Shown here piece by piece: positions 16,355 through 24,666 of a DNA stretch of 32,000 nucleotides. The DNA comes from Candidatus Saccharimonadota bacterium (GTDB lineage Archaea > Micrarchaeota > Micrarchaeia > Micrarchaeales > Micrarchaeaceae). Positions within the stretch are counted from its first letter, which is position 1. Each line of letters begins with the position of its first letter. Where the stretch lies: contig OY970071.1 in NCBI GenBank assembly GCA_963705375.1, positions 30,001 through 62,000 on the forward strand, in the 5' to 3' direction. The translations under genes were made by a program, and so were the position numbers. The notes under the pieces were generated by a model that made no database searches, was not told the DNA's origin, and was given only the letters and a program-made list of their open reading frames with translations.

Positions 16355-16879
16355 TTACCTGAGATAGAGATAGTAGTATTCGTTGTCAAAGTATCTTGTT
16401 CCCCTTTTTGCGAATCCGGGTTCCGTTCCAAAATACCTGAAGCCTCTGCTTTTGTAGAGCCTCTTCGCGACCTTATTATCGGCAAAAACGCCGAGCCTTA
16501 GCATCTCAAACCCGTTTCTTGACCGGTTAATGATGGAGTCCAGAAGCTTCCCGCCTATTCCTTTGTGCCTGTATGCTCCATCAACAATTATCGACAGTTC
16601 CCCGACATGCGAAAGTTCTGATTCCGGCTCTATTCTTCTCACGAAACAGTGGCCTACTACTTTCCCGTCAACTTCCGCCAACAACGATATGGCGTTGCCC
16701 TTTCCGGTGTCTGCGAGCAGTTTCCTGAACCATTTGAGCATGTTGCTTTTCGAAGGTCTTTTCAGGAAGGCCCAGTCTCCGAAGTTAGGGTCTGATGACA
16801 CTTCCTTATATGCATTCCTGTTGATTCTCAGAACGCCATCAAAGTCCTTTTCGGTGGCCTGCCTTATTTTGATGTCCAC
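16355..16879 (-). CDS. GNAT-family N-acetyltransferase
   Basis: Acetyl-CoA binding motif RHKGIGGKLLDSIINRS (R/QxxGxG/A) and typical beta-strand pattern. GTG start with ttattatattttt about 30-38 nt upstream. Confidence 0.85.
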   Translation of the reverse strand: MDIKIRQATEKDFDGVLRINRNAYKEVSSDPNFGDWAFLKRPSKSNMLKWFRKLLADTGKGNAISLLAEVDGKVVGHCFVRRIEPESELSHVGELSIIVDGAYRHKGIGGKLLDSIINRSRNGFEMLRLGVFADNKVAKRLYKSRGFRYFGTEPGFAKRGTRYFDNEYYYLYLR

Positions 16880-17113
16880 TAGTACCTACAGTCTCTTTCA
16901 CGAAAAATATAATAACCGCACCGATAGGGTGGATGGCGCCACAAAGACAGGCGTACGACCTCATAGAAGAGTATTTAAGCATTAACGCTAAAGTATAGAA
17001 CGTGAAATTATGTACGGAGGAGCTACAGGCGGAGGCGGAACATAATCGTTAGTGCTGAAGATACTCTTCTTCACAGCTATTCCTTTATGATGTTTGCTCC
17101 AAAATGCCTTTTC

Positions 17114-18592
17114 CTAGATCACATATTCGTCATCTAGTGGTACGCCGCGTATGTCGCGCCGGATTGTCTGTGTCTTGGCCTTTCTAGGGCCGTAATAGTC
17201 TGTCTTGGCTATCTCTTTCTTCTCATACTCTAGAGATAGTATGCGCTGCTGGCTCGAATACATGTTGTCGTACATCCGGTAACAGAGGCTGCCGACTATT
17301 GTCTCGCTTGCTAAAAGCGTATATACGTTGGTGCCGCCCATGTCCTTTATCTGCTTCTCTACCTTCTCAAGTGTTCCCTCGTGTTCGACCGGAAGCACAA
17401 AGATGCCCCCGTATGGCGCGTTTATGTCTCCTACAAGCGCATATTTGTTTATCGGCGTGCTCTTCTCTATGATGTTGCGCAGAAGCTCTGGTCTGCTTGC
17501 TGCAAATGCATCGTTTTGTACGAGGTCCATGCATATGATCGCGACATATTTTACTGGAGGTTCTTGCATGGTCATTGTGATGCGTTTTATTGTGCCATTC
17601 GCAACAAGCTTATCGTACGTATAGTCCGACCTGCCTCTGTCAAACCCGTACTTTTCGTCGATACTTGTGAATTCTGCCTGGCCATCTTCATTCAACTCCT
17701 TCAAGACTGCGTATTCCCTAGAGAGCAGCTGGCCTGGTGCTGGTCTTGGGCTCTCTTTGCTCTTCTTCCATATCCTGTCCTTAACTACGTCAAAGAATTC
17801 GTCCCTTAGTGGAACATATCCGTACGTCCTGAAGAACGGAGATGCATACCATTTTGCAGCATATGCTTTGAACACTCCTGACCGGAACTTGTACAATTCT
17901 TCTTGGGCGAGCCATTCATAAGTGACCGGCAGATACTCTGTCTCTGCCACGAAGTATATGAAGAGGTCGTATTTGCCGTGTGTCGCGATTGCCAGCTGGA
18001 CTCTGGGAAATCTTGACAGTTCCTTTCGCATCTCCTCGATACTTGGAATCGCTCCTTCGAATTTTACGAATATTATAAAATCGATATACCCTAGCTTGCT
18101 CGTGTATATCTCTGGCAGATACTTGATTTTGTATTTCTCTTCTATCTTCTTGACACGGTATTCTGCAGCAGCGTTGCTCATTCCGGTTATTTTTGCTATA
18201 AGTGGTATCGATGCACGTCCGTTCATGCTTAGTATTCTGAGCAGCTCGTCTTCGCCTTCATTGTGTGCTTGCGCTTTTTCGATCTCACCGCCGATCTGCA
18301 CACTGCTCTTTCCGACGTTCCATATCACCTCTCCGCCATTGCGCGCGATGATTGCCTGTGCTCTTTCGAGCTCATCCTTCATCGGTACGAGCTTCTTTAT
18401 GAATTTGCCTGTCTCGTCTATCTTTCCAAGATATTCTGTGATTATCCGCGTCTTCTTCTTATCTTTATCCCATACGCCGGTCTGCTTGTACAGGTAATAG
18501 TTCTTGCCTATTTTCTTCAGCGAGATGAAAGCGTCAGACTCTTCCTTCATCCTTTCGTATACCTCTCTCACTGCTCTAGGTGCTGTTGGCAT
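17114..18592 (-). CDS. 492-aa transcription-regulator-like protein with two Lrp/AsnC-type HTH+effector modules
   Basis: Module 1: DELLRILSMNGRASIPLIAKITGMSNAAAEYRVKKIEEKYKIKY followed by an alpha/beta segment. Module 2: LLSREYAVLKELNEDGQAEFTSIDEKYGFDRGRSDYTYDKLVANGTIKR followed by another alpha/beta segment. The N-terminal ISLKKIGKNYYLYKQTGVWDKDKKKTRIITEYLGKI is a beta-hairpin-like DNA-binding segment. Confidence 0.6.
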   Translation of the reverse strand: MPTAPRAVREVYERMKEESDAFISLKKIGKNYYLYKQTGVWDKDKKKTRIITEYLGKIDETGKFIKKLVPMKDELERAQAIIARNGGEVIWNVGKSSVQIGGEIEKAQAHNEGEDELLRILSMNGRASIPLIAKITGMSNAAAEYRVKKIEEKYKIKYLPEIYTSKLGYIDFIIFVKFEGAIPSIEEMRKELSRFPRVQLAIATHGKYDLFIYFVAETEYLPVTYEWLAQEELYKFRSGVFKAYAAKWYASPFFRTYGYVPLRDEFFDVVKDRIWKKSKESPRPAPGQLLSREYAVLKELNEDGQAEFTSIDEKYGFDRGRSDYTYDKLVANGTIKRITMTMQEPPVKYVAIICMDLVQNDAFAASRPELLRNIIEKSTPINKYALVGDINAPYGGIFVLPVEHEGTLEKVEKQIKDMGGTNVYTLLASETIVGSLCYRMYDNMYSSQQRILSLEYEKKEIAKTDYYGPRKAKTQTIRRDIRGVPLDDEYVI

Positions 18593-18606
18593 ATGTTATT
18601 TAACAT
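18593..18606. promoter_or_regulatory. Perfect palindrome ATGTTA-TT-TAACAT abutting the regulator's start codon (candidate operator)
   Basis: Lies between the TATA-like ttaaatatctta (about 30 nt upstream on the minus strand) and the ATG. The decamer catatgttat recurs at 18624-18633. Confidence 0.35.
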
Positions 18607-19016
18607 ACAATAAGATATTTAATCATATGTTATGATGTCGGAAGTATAACCTATGTCGTGCCCTGTGTTCCTAGAATTATCAAGTAAATCTGGAAAGTAA
18701 GATGCTTGCCCTATCCAATAATTTGCACATGACGATATATACAAGGTACGACGTATAATACTGTCAAGGGGGATGGAATAGGACGTGCCCTGGCAAACAC
18801 TTGTTTTACCACCATACCTTCGCCCACAAGAATGCGAGGGCCGATCCTTCCTCCTATTGTGGTTGAGATGGGAAATATTACTGATTTGATTGCTTTGTTC
18901 ACGGTGTCTCCATTGCTAAGGGCTGAAGAAAAAGTGAAGCAAGAGGTACAAAGCATTGCGCGTCGATGATAAAAGATATGGCATGGCTCTCGTATGTTGA
19001 TGTTTAAGGTGAAAAA

Positions 19017-19094
19017 ATGACCTACAAATGTGAAGTGTGCGGAGAAGAGTTTCACAGCGAGCCCGAGCTGGTGCTTCACGAAGGCATTATCTGA
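19017..19094 (+). CDS. 25-aa C2H2-zinc-finger-like micro-protein (MTYKCEVCGEEFHSEPELVLHEGII)
   Basis: GGTGA Shine-Dalgarno-like element ends 4 nt before the ATG. The sequence fits Y-x-C-x2-C-x3-F-x5-L-x2-H exactly but stops before the usual second His. A T-rich run lies at 19124-19136. Confidence 0.4.
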   Translation: MTYKCEVCGEEFHSEPELVLHEGII

Positions 19095-19245
19095 TACGTG
19101 CATACGACGACTGCGCACGCTGCATATTTTTATTTTCTACTTCTTAATCTTAACATAGACTATCGCTTAAGCGTTTTAACAAACAAGATGATTTCCGTAT
19201 TCTCCTTTTTGTTTTTGCCACCAAGCCGCCCTGCCTGAAGAAGTT

Positions 19246-19680
19246 CTAGCCGTTGGCAAAGGTTCCAATTCCTACCGGCAAATAACCCCAATCACCAACT
19301 AGTTTAATATTCATCCATTCTGCCAGTTCTTCACTAGGGTAGATCCTGCGTGGATTGGCGGGCTCGTATCTGAAAAGATTCTGATACGTTTGACCGTCTC
19401 TTCTTGCAAATGTATCTATATACTCTGCTCCCGTGTCGCTTGTTACTTCAAAATACGCGTCGGCTATGGGTACGTTTCTCTCGTGCGCATTAATCAAAAT
19501 GAAAACCAATATTGTAGACTCTATGAATGTGCTTTGAAGTGGAGAGCCGCTAAATATTGTGCGTGTAGACAGGCTACCGGCCTCTGTCCTATTGACTATT
19601 GCATCAAGCTTCTCTCTCAACGATTCTACACGTAACATATCTGAGGGCGTATCTCTGTCCCTGTTTATGTTTGAGGACAT
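19246..19680 (-). CDS. Orphan 144-aa protein
   Basis: ATG-initiated ORF with a protein-like composition; no motif recognised. Confidence 0.5.
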   Translation of the reverse strand: MSSNINRDRDTPSDMLRVESLREKLDAIVNRTEAGSLSTRTIFSGSPLQSTFIESTILVFILINAHERNVPIADAYFEVTSDTGAEYIDTFARRDGQTYQNLFRYEPANPRRIYPSEELAEWMNIKLVGDWGYLPVGIGTFANG

Positions 19681-19851
19681 CTAATCAATATCTATTTTCT
19701 TTTTAGAGATACTTATGCGCTCTGTTTTCTGGCAGTTTACTTGCTAACTTTTGTGATTCTGTAACCACTTACTTAGAAAAGAGAAGCTGCGGTTCCACAG
19801 CTCTTCGATGCCTTAGAATGGAAGAATTATTGGCTAAGCCGCGTGTGCACT

Positions 19852-20136
19852 TCAGCCTGCCTTCTGGAGGTGCACTGCAGGAACCACAAGCTTCTTCCAA
19901 GAATCTAGAACGTGAAGCTTTATGATGTATGCGGAGCCGCGCTTATCGATTATCTTTCCGGTCTTTCCGCGGTAGCGCATGTGCGGCGCGTTCCCCATTC
20001 TGCCGTTGGGGAGTACGACGACGCTGTCGCCTATGTTGAAGCTCTTAACCAAGTCCCTCACCCGCAGCTTCGATGGCTTGCGGTGCCTGGCCATGATCCT
20101 TGTCTTTCCTCTTAGAAACCCTGATGAGTGCTTCAT
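19852..20136 (-). CDS. rpl21e: 50S ribosomal protein L21e
   Basis: SSGFLRGKTR...FNIGDSVVV...MPHMRYRGKTGKIIDKRGSAYIIKL is the L21e signature; 94 aa. Confidence 0.92.
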   Translation of the reverse strand: MKHSSGFLRGKTRIMARHRKPSKLRVRDLVKSFNIGDSVVVLPNGRMGNAPHMRYRGKTGKIIDKRGSAYIIKLHVLDSWKKLVVPAVHLQKAG

Positions 20137-20175
20137 ATAATCAGTGCGAGTTATTGCTATTGTTTGGAGGAGAAC

Positions 20176-20183
20176 TATTTAAA
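20176..20183. promoter_or_regulatory. Shared TATA-like box TATTTAAA between divergent rpl21e and the TBP-repeat gene
   Basis: 32 nt upstream of ATG 20215 and 40 nt upstream of ATG 20136. Near-palindromic TTTAAA core. Confidence 0.4.
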
Positions 20184-20214
20184 GGCTTGCACAGAATAAT
20201 AGAATGGTGCAATA

Positions 20215-20541
20215 ATGCCCAAAAAGAGCTCTCAAGGATTCTTACCTAAGCATAAGCATGCGGTGCTTAAGCCGACTTATAGGGTTGAAAACATCGTGGC
20301 GAAGGCCGAACTCGGAGTTGATCTTGACCTCTACTATCTGGCCAAACTATCGCACGACATAGACTATGAACCAGAACAGTTCCCTGGCGCTATATTCAAG
20401 GTCCATGACCCAAAAGCAGCATTGCTCCTGTTCAAGAACGGCAAAGTCATATGCACAGGCGCTAGGACGCGTGCCGACATAAAGAAGAGCATAGAGCGCG
20501 CCGTCGATCTTGTCAACAAGTACCTGGCCAGCAAGCACTGA
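20215..20541 (+). CDS. tbp: Single-repeat TATA-box-binding-protein (TBP) domain protein, 108 aa
   Basis: One TBP repeat: YRVENIVAKAEL..DLDLYYLAKL...DYEPEQFPGAIFKVHDPKAALLLFKNGKVICTGARTRADIKKSIERAVDLVNKY. It is preceded by the basic extension MPKKSSQGFLPKHKHAVLKPT. There is no second repeat in any frame of the flanks. Confidence 0.85.
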   Translation: MPKKSSQGFLPKHKHAVLKPTYRVENIVAKAELGVDLDLYYLAKLSHDIDYEPEQFPGAIFKVHDPKAALLLFKNGKVICTGARTRADIKKSIERAVDLVNKYLASKH

Positions 20542-20690
20542 CTGAGTGCCTGTGCGCAGGCTTGGTCTGCCGTGTACTTGTTGTTTCTTCACACTTATGC
20601 TAAACGAGCGCATTCCTAAAGCTGGACTTTCTGTACAAAGCCAATATAAATGCGCTAATGCGGAATATTCTCTAATCAAGGTATATTTGC

Positions 20691-22412
20691 ATGGCTGAGA
20701 TGACTGGCGCAAGGGCTCTGCTCGAAGCGCTGAAGAAAGAGAAGGTGTCCACGATCTTCGGGATACCTGGTGGTGCAAGCCTTCCTATTTATGACGAACT
20801 TCCTGACAGCGGCATAAGGCACATACTATGCAGGCATGAGCAAGGTGCCGCACACATGGCTGACGGCTATGCGCGAGCCAGCGGAAGGGTTGGCGTATGC
20901 ATGGCGACATCAGGGCCTGGCGCTACCAACCTTGTGACGGGCATAGCGACGGCCTATTTGGATTCTTCGCCTATCGTGGCGATAACTGGCCAGGTGACTC
21001 GGCCTCTGATAGGCACGGACTCTTTCCAGGAAGTCGACATAATCGGCATCACCACTGCGATAACAAAATACACATTCCAGCCCATGGGTGCGACAGAGAT
21101 CCCGCGCGATGTAAAGAAGGCGTTCTACATCTCATCGACCGGAAGGCCCGGCCCTGTCCTGATAGACATTCCAAAGGACGTTCAGCAAGAAAAAGCCGAA
21201 ATCTCATTTCCTGAGAGCGTAACTGTACTGGGCTACAAGCCCGTGCTGTCTCCGCATCCTCTTCAAGTGGAAAAAGCCGCTGATCTTCTGGCGAAGGCGA
21301 AGCGGCCGGTCCTGTGGGGCGGCGGCGGTGTGATCCTCAGCAACGCTGCAGAACCGTTCCGAAAAATAGCAGAGCTGCTGATGGCTCCTGTCGTCACGTC
21401 CTTGATAGGCAAGGGTGCGTTTCCAGAGAACCATCCATTAGCTCTAGGGCCGATAGGCATGCACGGCACCGCAGAAGCGAACAAGCTAGTCCTTGAAACC
21501 GATTGCCTGCTTGCGGTCGGTGTCAGGTTCTCCGACAGGTCTACTGGCAACTACAGCGAATTCTGCCCTGACGCAAAGATAATACACATCGATGTCGATC
21601 CCTCAGAGATAGGTAAGAACAAGAAAGTGGACATGCCCATAGTGGGAGATGCAAGGCTCACGCTTACAGGAATATATGAGGCACTTACGCGCAGGGTAGT
21701 GCAGAAAGGGAAGGGCTCGCCGTGGCTCCAGCGGGTTGAAGTTGTGCGGGAAGAATTGAAAAACACTTCAAATGCTGATACATCGGGCCTGACTACCGTG
21801 CTTGCCATAAAGAAGATACGCGAACTGCTGCCTGCGAATGGCATACTGGCGACGGAGGTCGGAAAGCATCAGATGTTTGCATCGCTCAACTACAAAGTCA
21901 TAGAACCAAGGACGTGGATCACTTCAACAGGACTTGGCACCATGGGCTTCGGGTTCCCTGCAGCAATAGGTGCAAAAGTGGCCAAGCCTGGCGTGCCTGT
22001 CGTTGATCTGGCAGGCGATGGCAGCTTCTGCATGACCGAGAACTCCCTTGCCGTCTGCGTAGAAGAAGGGATACCGGTTACCGTGGTCATACTCAACAAC
22101 AGGTCTCTCGGCCTCGTTGAGCAGTGGCAGCGCATGTTCTACAATCGCAAGTTCTCTGCAGTGAAGTTCAAGGACACTCCTGATTTCGTGAAGCTTGCGG
22201 AGGCCTACGGTGCGACCGGCATACGCGCGCAATCGATCAAAGAGCTCGAGAAGGCATTGAAGCAAGGTATTGCGAGTGACGGGCCCACAGTCATAGACGT
22301 TCCGGTATCTTCAGAGGAAGACGTGTTCCCCTTTGTCCCTCCCGGTACGGGCCTGAAGGACATCCTTTACGGCCCTGCAAGCGGCGCAAAAATTGGTGCA
22401 GATCATGAATAA
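20691..22412 (+). CDS. ilvB: Acetolactate synthase (acetohydroxyacid synthase) large subunit, ThDP-dependent
   Basis: 573 aa. N-terminus MTGARALLEALKKEKVSTIFGIPGGASLPIYDEL. ThDP-binding GDGSFCMTENSLAVCVEEGIPVTVVILNN. Confidence 0.92.
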   Translation: MAEMTGARALLEALKKEKVSTIFGIPGGASLPIYDELPDSGIRHILCRHEQGAAHMADGYARASGRVGVCMATSGPGATNLVTGIATAYLDSSPIVAITGQVTRPLIGTDSFQEVDIIGITTAITKYTFQPMGATEIPRDVKKAFYISSTGRPGPVLIDIPKDVQQEKAEISFPESVTVLGYKPVLSPHPLQVEKAADLLAKAKRPVLWGGGGVILSNAAEPFRKIAELLMAPVVTSLIGKGAFPENHPLALGPIGMHGTAEANKLVLETDCLLAVGVRFSDRSTGNYSEFCPDAKIIHIDVDPSEIGKNKKVDMPIVGDARLTLTGIYEALTRRVVQKGKGSPWLQRVEVVREELKNTSNADTSGLTTVLAIKKIRELLPANGILATEVGKHQMFASLNYKVIEPRTWITSTGLGTMGFGFPAAIGAKVAKPGVPVVDLAGDGSFCMTENSLAVCVEEGIPVTVVILNNRSLGLVEQWQRMFYNRKFSAVKFKDTPDFVKLAEAYGATGIRAQSIKELEKALKQGIASDGPTVIDVPVSSEEDVFPFVPPGTGLKDILYGPASGAKIGADHE

Positions 22413-22953
22413 CAATAGCCACATCATATCTGTGATAGTCGAAAACAAGCCAGGAGTCCTTTTCAAGGCAGCCAACATGTTCAGGCGCAGAGGATTCAAC
22501 ATAGAGAGCCTGACTGTCGGGCGCATAGCGCGTCCCGGGCTGTCCAAGATGACCATTGTCGTCAACGGGGACGAAAGGACAACAGAACAGCTCATAAAGC
22601 AGATCGCGAAGCTTCTTGACGTGATAAAGATTACAGAGCTCGGGCCAAGGACTGCGGTGATACGCGAGCTCGCGCTTGTACGAATATCAACTCCTGACCA
22701 GAAGGCCATGGCGGACATAACTCACTTCGCGCGCGCATTTGAGGCCCGGACCGTCGATGTGACCAAGGATTCTACTACAGTCGAGCTGACGGGCGATTCT
22801 GACCGCATAGACGACTTCATCGGCCTTGTGCAGGGCTACGGCATAAAGGACATATCGCGCACCGGGCTCACTGCAATACAGAAAGGCTCGTACACCTCAC
22901 AGAGCAAGGCGCAGAAGCTAGCCGTGGAAGGTAATGCTGTGTCAACTGATTAG
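22405..22953 (+). CDS. ilvH: Acetolactate synthase small (regulatory) subunit, ACT domain
   Basis: HIISVIVENKPGVLFKAANMFRRRGFNIESLTVG is the IlvH/IlvN ACT signature. ATG 22405 overlaps the ilvB stop by 8 nt. Confidence 0.9.
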   Translation: MNNNSHIISVIVENKPGVLFKAANMFRRRGFNIESLTVGRIARPGLSKMTIVVNGDERTTEQLIKQIAKLLDVIKITELGPRTAVIRELALVRISTPDQKAMADITHFARAFEARTVDVTKDSTTVELTGDSDRIDDFIGLVQGYGIKDISRTGLTAIQKGSYTSQSKAQKLAVEGNAVSTD

Positions 22954-24123
22954 AGCGGCTGTCCGTGTCTCTTTATTGCGCTTTGTCGCATGCAGCGTGA
23001 TGTCGTGCCTGTTGTGCGGCAGCTTCTTTATCCCGAACGCTTCATAGCTCTTGGAAAGTCCTGCCTCTGCGTCCGCGATCTGCTCTTTCGTGTTGCTGCC
23101 GAAAAGCTTTATCGTCATTATCAGATGCGCACCAGGGTTTAACACTCCTGCAAAAGACTCTGCGATCTCTGCGCTGGCTGCCGCATCTGTGTTGGTGTCT
23201 ATTGTGAGCAGGTCAAAGCTGCCAAAGCTCTCAAGCAAGCCCTTCTTGACGTAATCAGCGCTATTTTTTATGTGTATGACTGAATACTTGGCAAAATTCG
23301 CGCCGGCATCATCTATGTCAGCAAAATCAACACTGCTGTCTTTCAGTGTTTTTTGAATGGAAGGTATCTCTTCTCTGCGCAAAATTACCAGGACCTTTCC
23401 TTCTTTGCCTATTCTTTCATAGTCGAGCAATGCGTTATCCATGGCCACTACTTTCACTCCATGTTCTGTAAGGTAGTGCGTCCAGCCTCCTGGCGCTGCC
23501 CCTATGTCCAGTGCGCGAGAAACCTTGGAAAGATCGATTCCGAAGAATTCTATTGCTTCTTCTATCTTGAATTCTGCACGGTTGATCTTGAATGCAACCT
23601 CTTTCTGTCTGTGTCTAAATTGGTCCAGGACGTAACTCGCGGCTTTGCTTCTTTCAATGATGCCTATCGCAGTCTTTCCCTCCAGAAATATGAGGTACAC
23701 GACCATTTCAGGATTCTTAAGGTCGGGTACGAATCCTTTGGACTCTAGTGCGTTCCCCACCTTCACTTCAATTGCCTTCGCCTTATCGAAGAGTCCGGAG
23801 TTGATTCTCTTTACCTCTATCTTGAACGCCCTTCTTTTGTCCAAAAGCTGCTCTACGGCTCTTATCACATTACCGTATCCGCTTCCGACGCTGTCCAATT
23901 CTGCGTCTATCGGGATTGCAGCTTCTACGAACGACAATTTACCCGCCTTTATGACTGAAAGCCTTTTTTCCTTGTCGCCTTTTATGTTTGCAATGAAAAA
24001 GTGCGCGTCCCGCTGTATCTCTCCTGTATAGTCTGCGCCGAACAGCTTTTTCAACTCTGCGTCTGCGTCTTCTTCAAACCTATGCTCTGCAAATATTATG
24101 TATCGTCTTTTTTCCAAGCGCAT
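22942..24123 (-). CDS. THUMP-domain plus FtsJ/RlmM-like SAM-dependent RNA ribose methyltransferase
   Basis: THUMP-like FKIEVKRINSGLFDKAKAIEVKVGNALESKGFVPDLKNPEMVVYLIF. Then INRAEFKIEEAIEFFGI and the SAM motif ALDIGAAPGGWTHYL. ATG 24123 (MRLEKRRY...) is preferred over the longer ORF. The 3' end overlaps ilvH by 12 nt (convergent). Confidence 0.75.
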   Translation of the reverse strand: MRLEKRRYIIFAEHRFEEDADAELKKLFGADYTGEIQRDAHFFIANIKGDKEKRLSVIKAGKLSFVEAAIPIDAELDSVGSGYGNVIRAVEQLLDKRRAFKIEVKRINSGLFDKAKAIEVKVGNALESKGFVPDLKNPEMVVYLIFLEGKTAIGIIERSKAASYVLDQFRHRQKEVAFKINRAEFKIEEAIEFFGIDLSKVSRALDIGAAPGGWTHYLTEHGVKVVAMDNALLDYERIGKEGKVLVILRREEIPSIQKTLKDSSVDFADIDDAGANFAKYSVIHIKNSADYVKKGLLESFGSFDLLTIDTNTDAAASAEIAESFAGVLNPGAHLIMTIKLFGSNTKEQIADAEAGLSKSYEAFGIKKLPHNRHDITLHATKRNKETRTAALIS

Positions 24124-24213
24124 CTCCTGGCTTTCCTGTTTTGTGAATCTTATTGCCTGTCTGTAGTCCTGCAACAGCTTTAAAATGTTCGCACAGAATA
24201 CTGTGTGGTAAAT

Positions 24214-24540
24214 ATGGACGCAGGACAACCTATAAACATAGACCTTTCAAAAACGAACATAAGGCCCATCTTCGCCGATGAGGTCGCTGTTGTAATTAAG
24301 CTTAAGGCTTCGAAAAACCAGAAAGGCGAAGCTGAGAAGGAAGGGCTTATAAGCATAATATTTCTCGACATGATGAAGCAGAAACCTATAGGCGAGTTCG
24401 TGGTGTCCCGGACGACTGCAAAAGCGCTGTCATCAGTTCTTTCTCAGAACATAATCACTCTTGAGAAGGAGCTAAAAAGCAAAGAAATGCCAAAGGCACC
24501 TGCGATAAAGACTACGACAGACACTAGTGCTATACGATAG
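24214..24540 (+). CDS. Small conserved-looking hypothetical protein (possibly DUF3467-like)
   Basis: ATG 24214 lies about 30 nt downstream of gctttaaaatg. The layout ...IFADEVAVVIKL...ISIIFLDM...EFVVSRTTAKALSSVLSQNI resembles DUF3467, but the family call is weak. Confidence 0.45.
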   Translation: MDAGQPINIDLSKTNIRPIFADEVAVVIKLKASKNQKGEAEKEGLISIIFLDMMKQKPIGEFVVSRTTAKALSSVLSQNIITLEKELKSKEMPKAPAIKTTTDTSAIR

Positions 24541-24598
24541 TGGGGCAAATCTGAAATCTGGTGAAGCGTGCATACGCGTCACTGCACATGACTAGATT

Positions 24599-24612
24599 GA
24601 CTTTTGTCCCAG
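24599..24612. repeat. Solo copy of the IS terminal inverted repeat (gacttttgtcccag)
   Basis: 14/14 identity to the IRR of the IS at 16324-16337 (15/15 including the preceding t). No transposase is adjacent. Confidence 0.6.
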
Positions 24613-24666
24613 GGTCCTGGCCCTGAAAGGATTCGAATATGCTGTTGCGAACGGATTAACGCATGT

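Noticed and set aside
19097-19106. Shared 10-mer cgtgcatacg (with loosely similar following bases) at 19097-19106 and 24567-24576, considered as a dispersed repeat linked to the solo IR.
   Set aside because: Exact 10-mer recurrences are expected hundreds of times by chance among all position pairs in 32 kb, and the similarity decays immediately outside the core.
18711-19118. 135-aa minus-strand ORF spanning the long spacer.
   Set aside because: The translation (MRSRRMHVSDNAFVKHQ...CHIFYHRRAMLCTSCF...) is not protein-like and no TATA or SD is placed appropriately. It overlaps the better-supported plus-strand zinc-finger micro-ORF.
19185-19240. Possible C/D-box sRNA (gatgatt ... ctga about 50 nt apart). 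Similar weak atgatgt matches occur near 17075 and 18636.
   Set aside because: The C box does not match RUGAUGA, there are no C'/D' boxes or terminal stem, and the candidate runs into the 3' end of the 144-aa gene.
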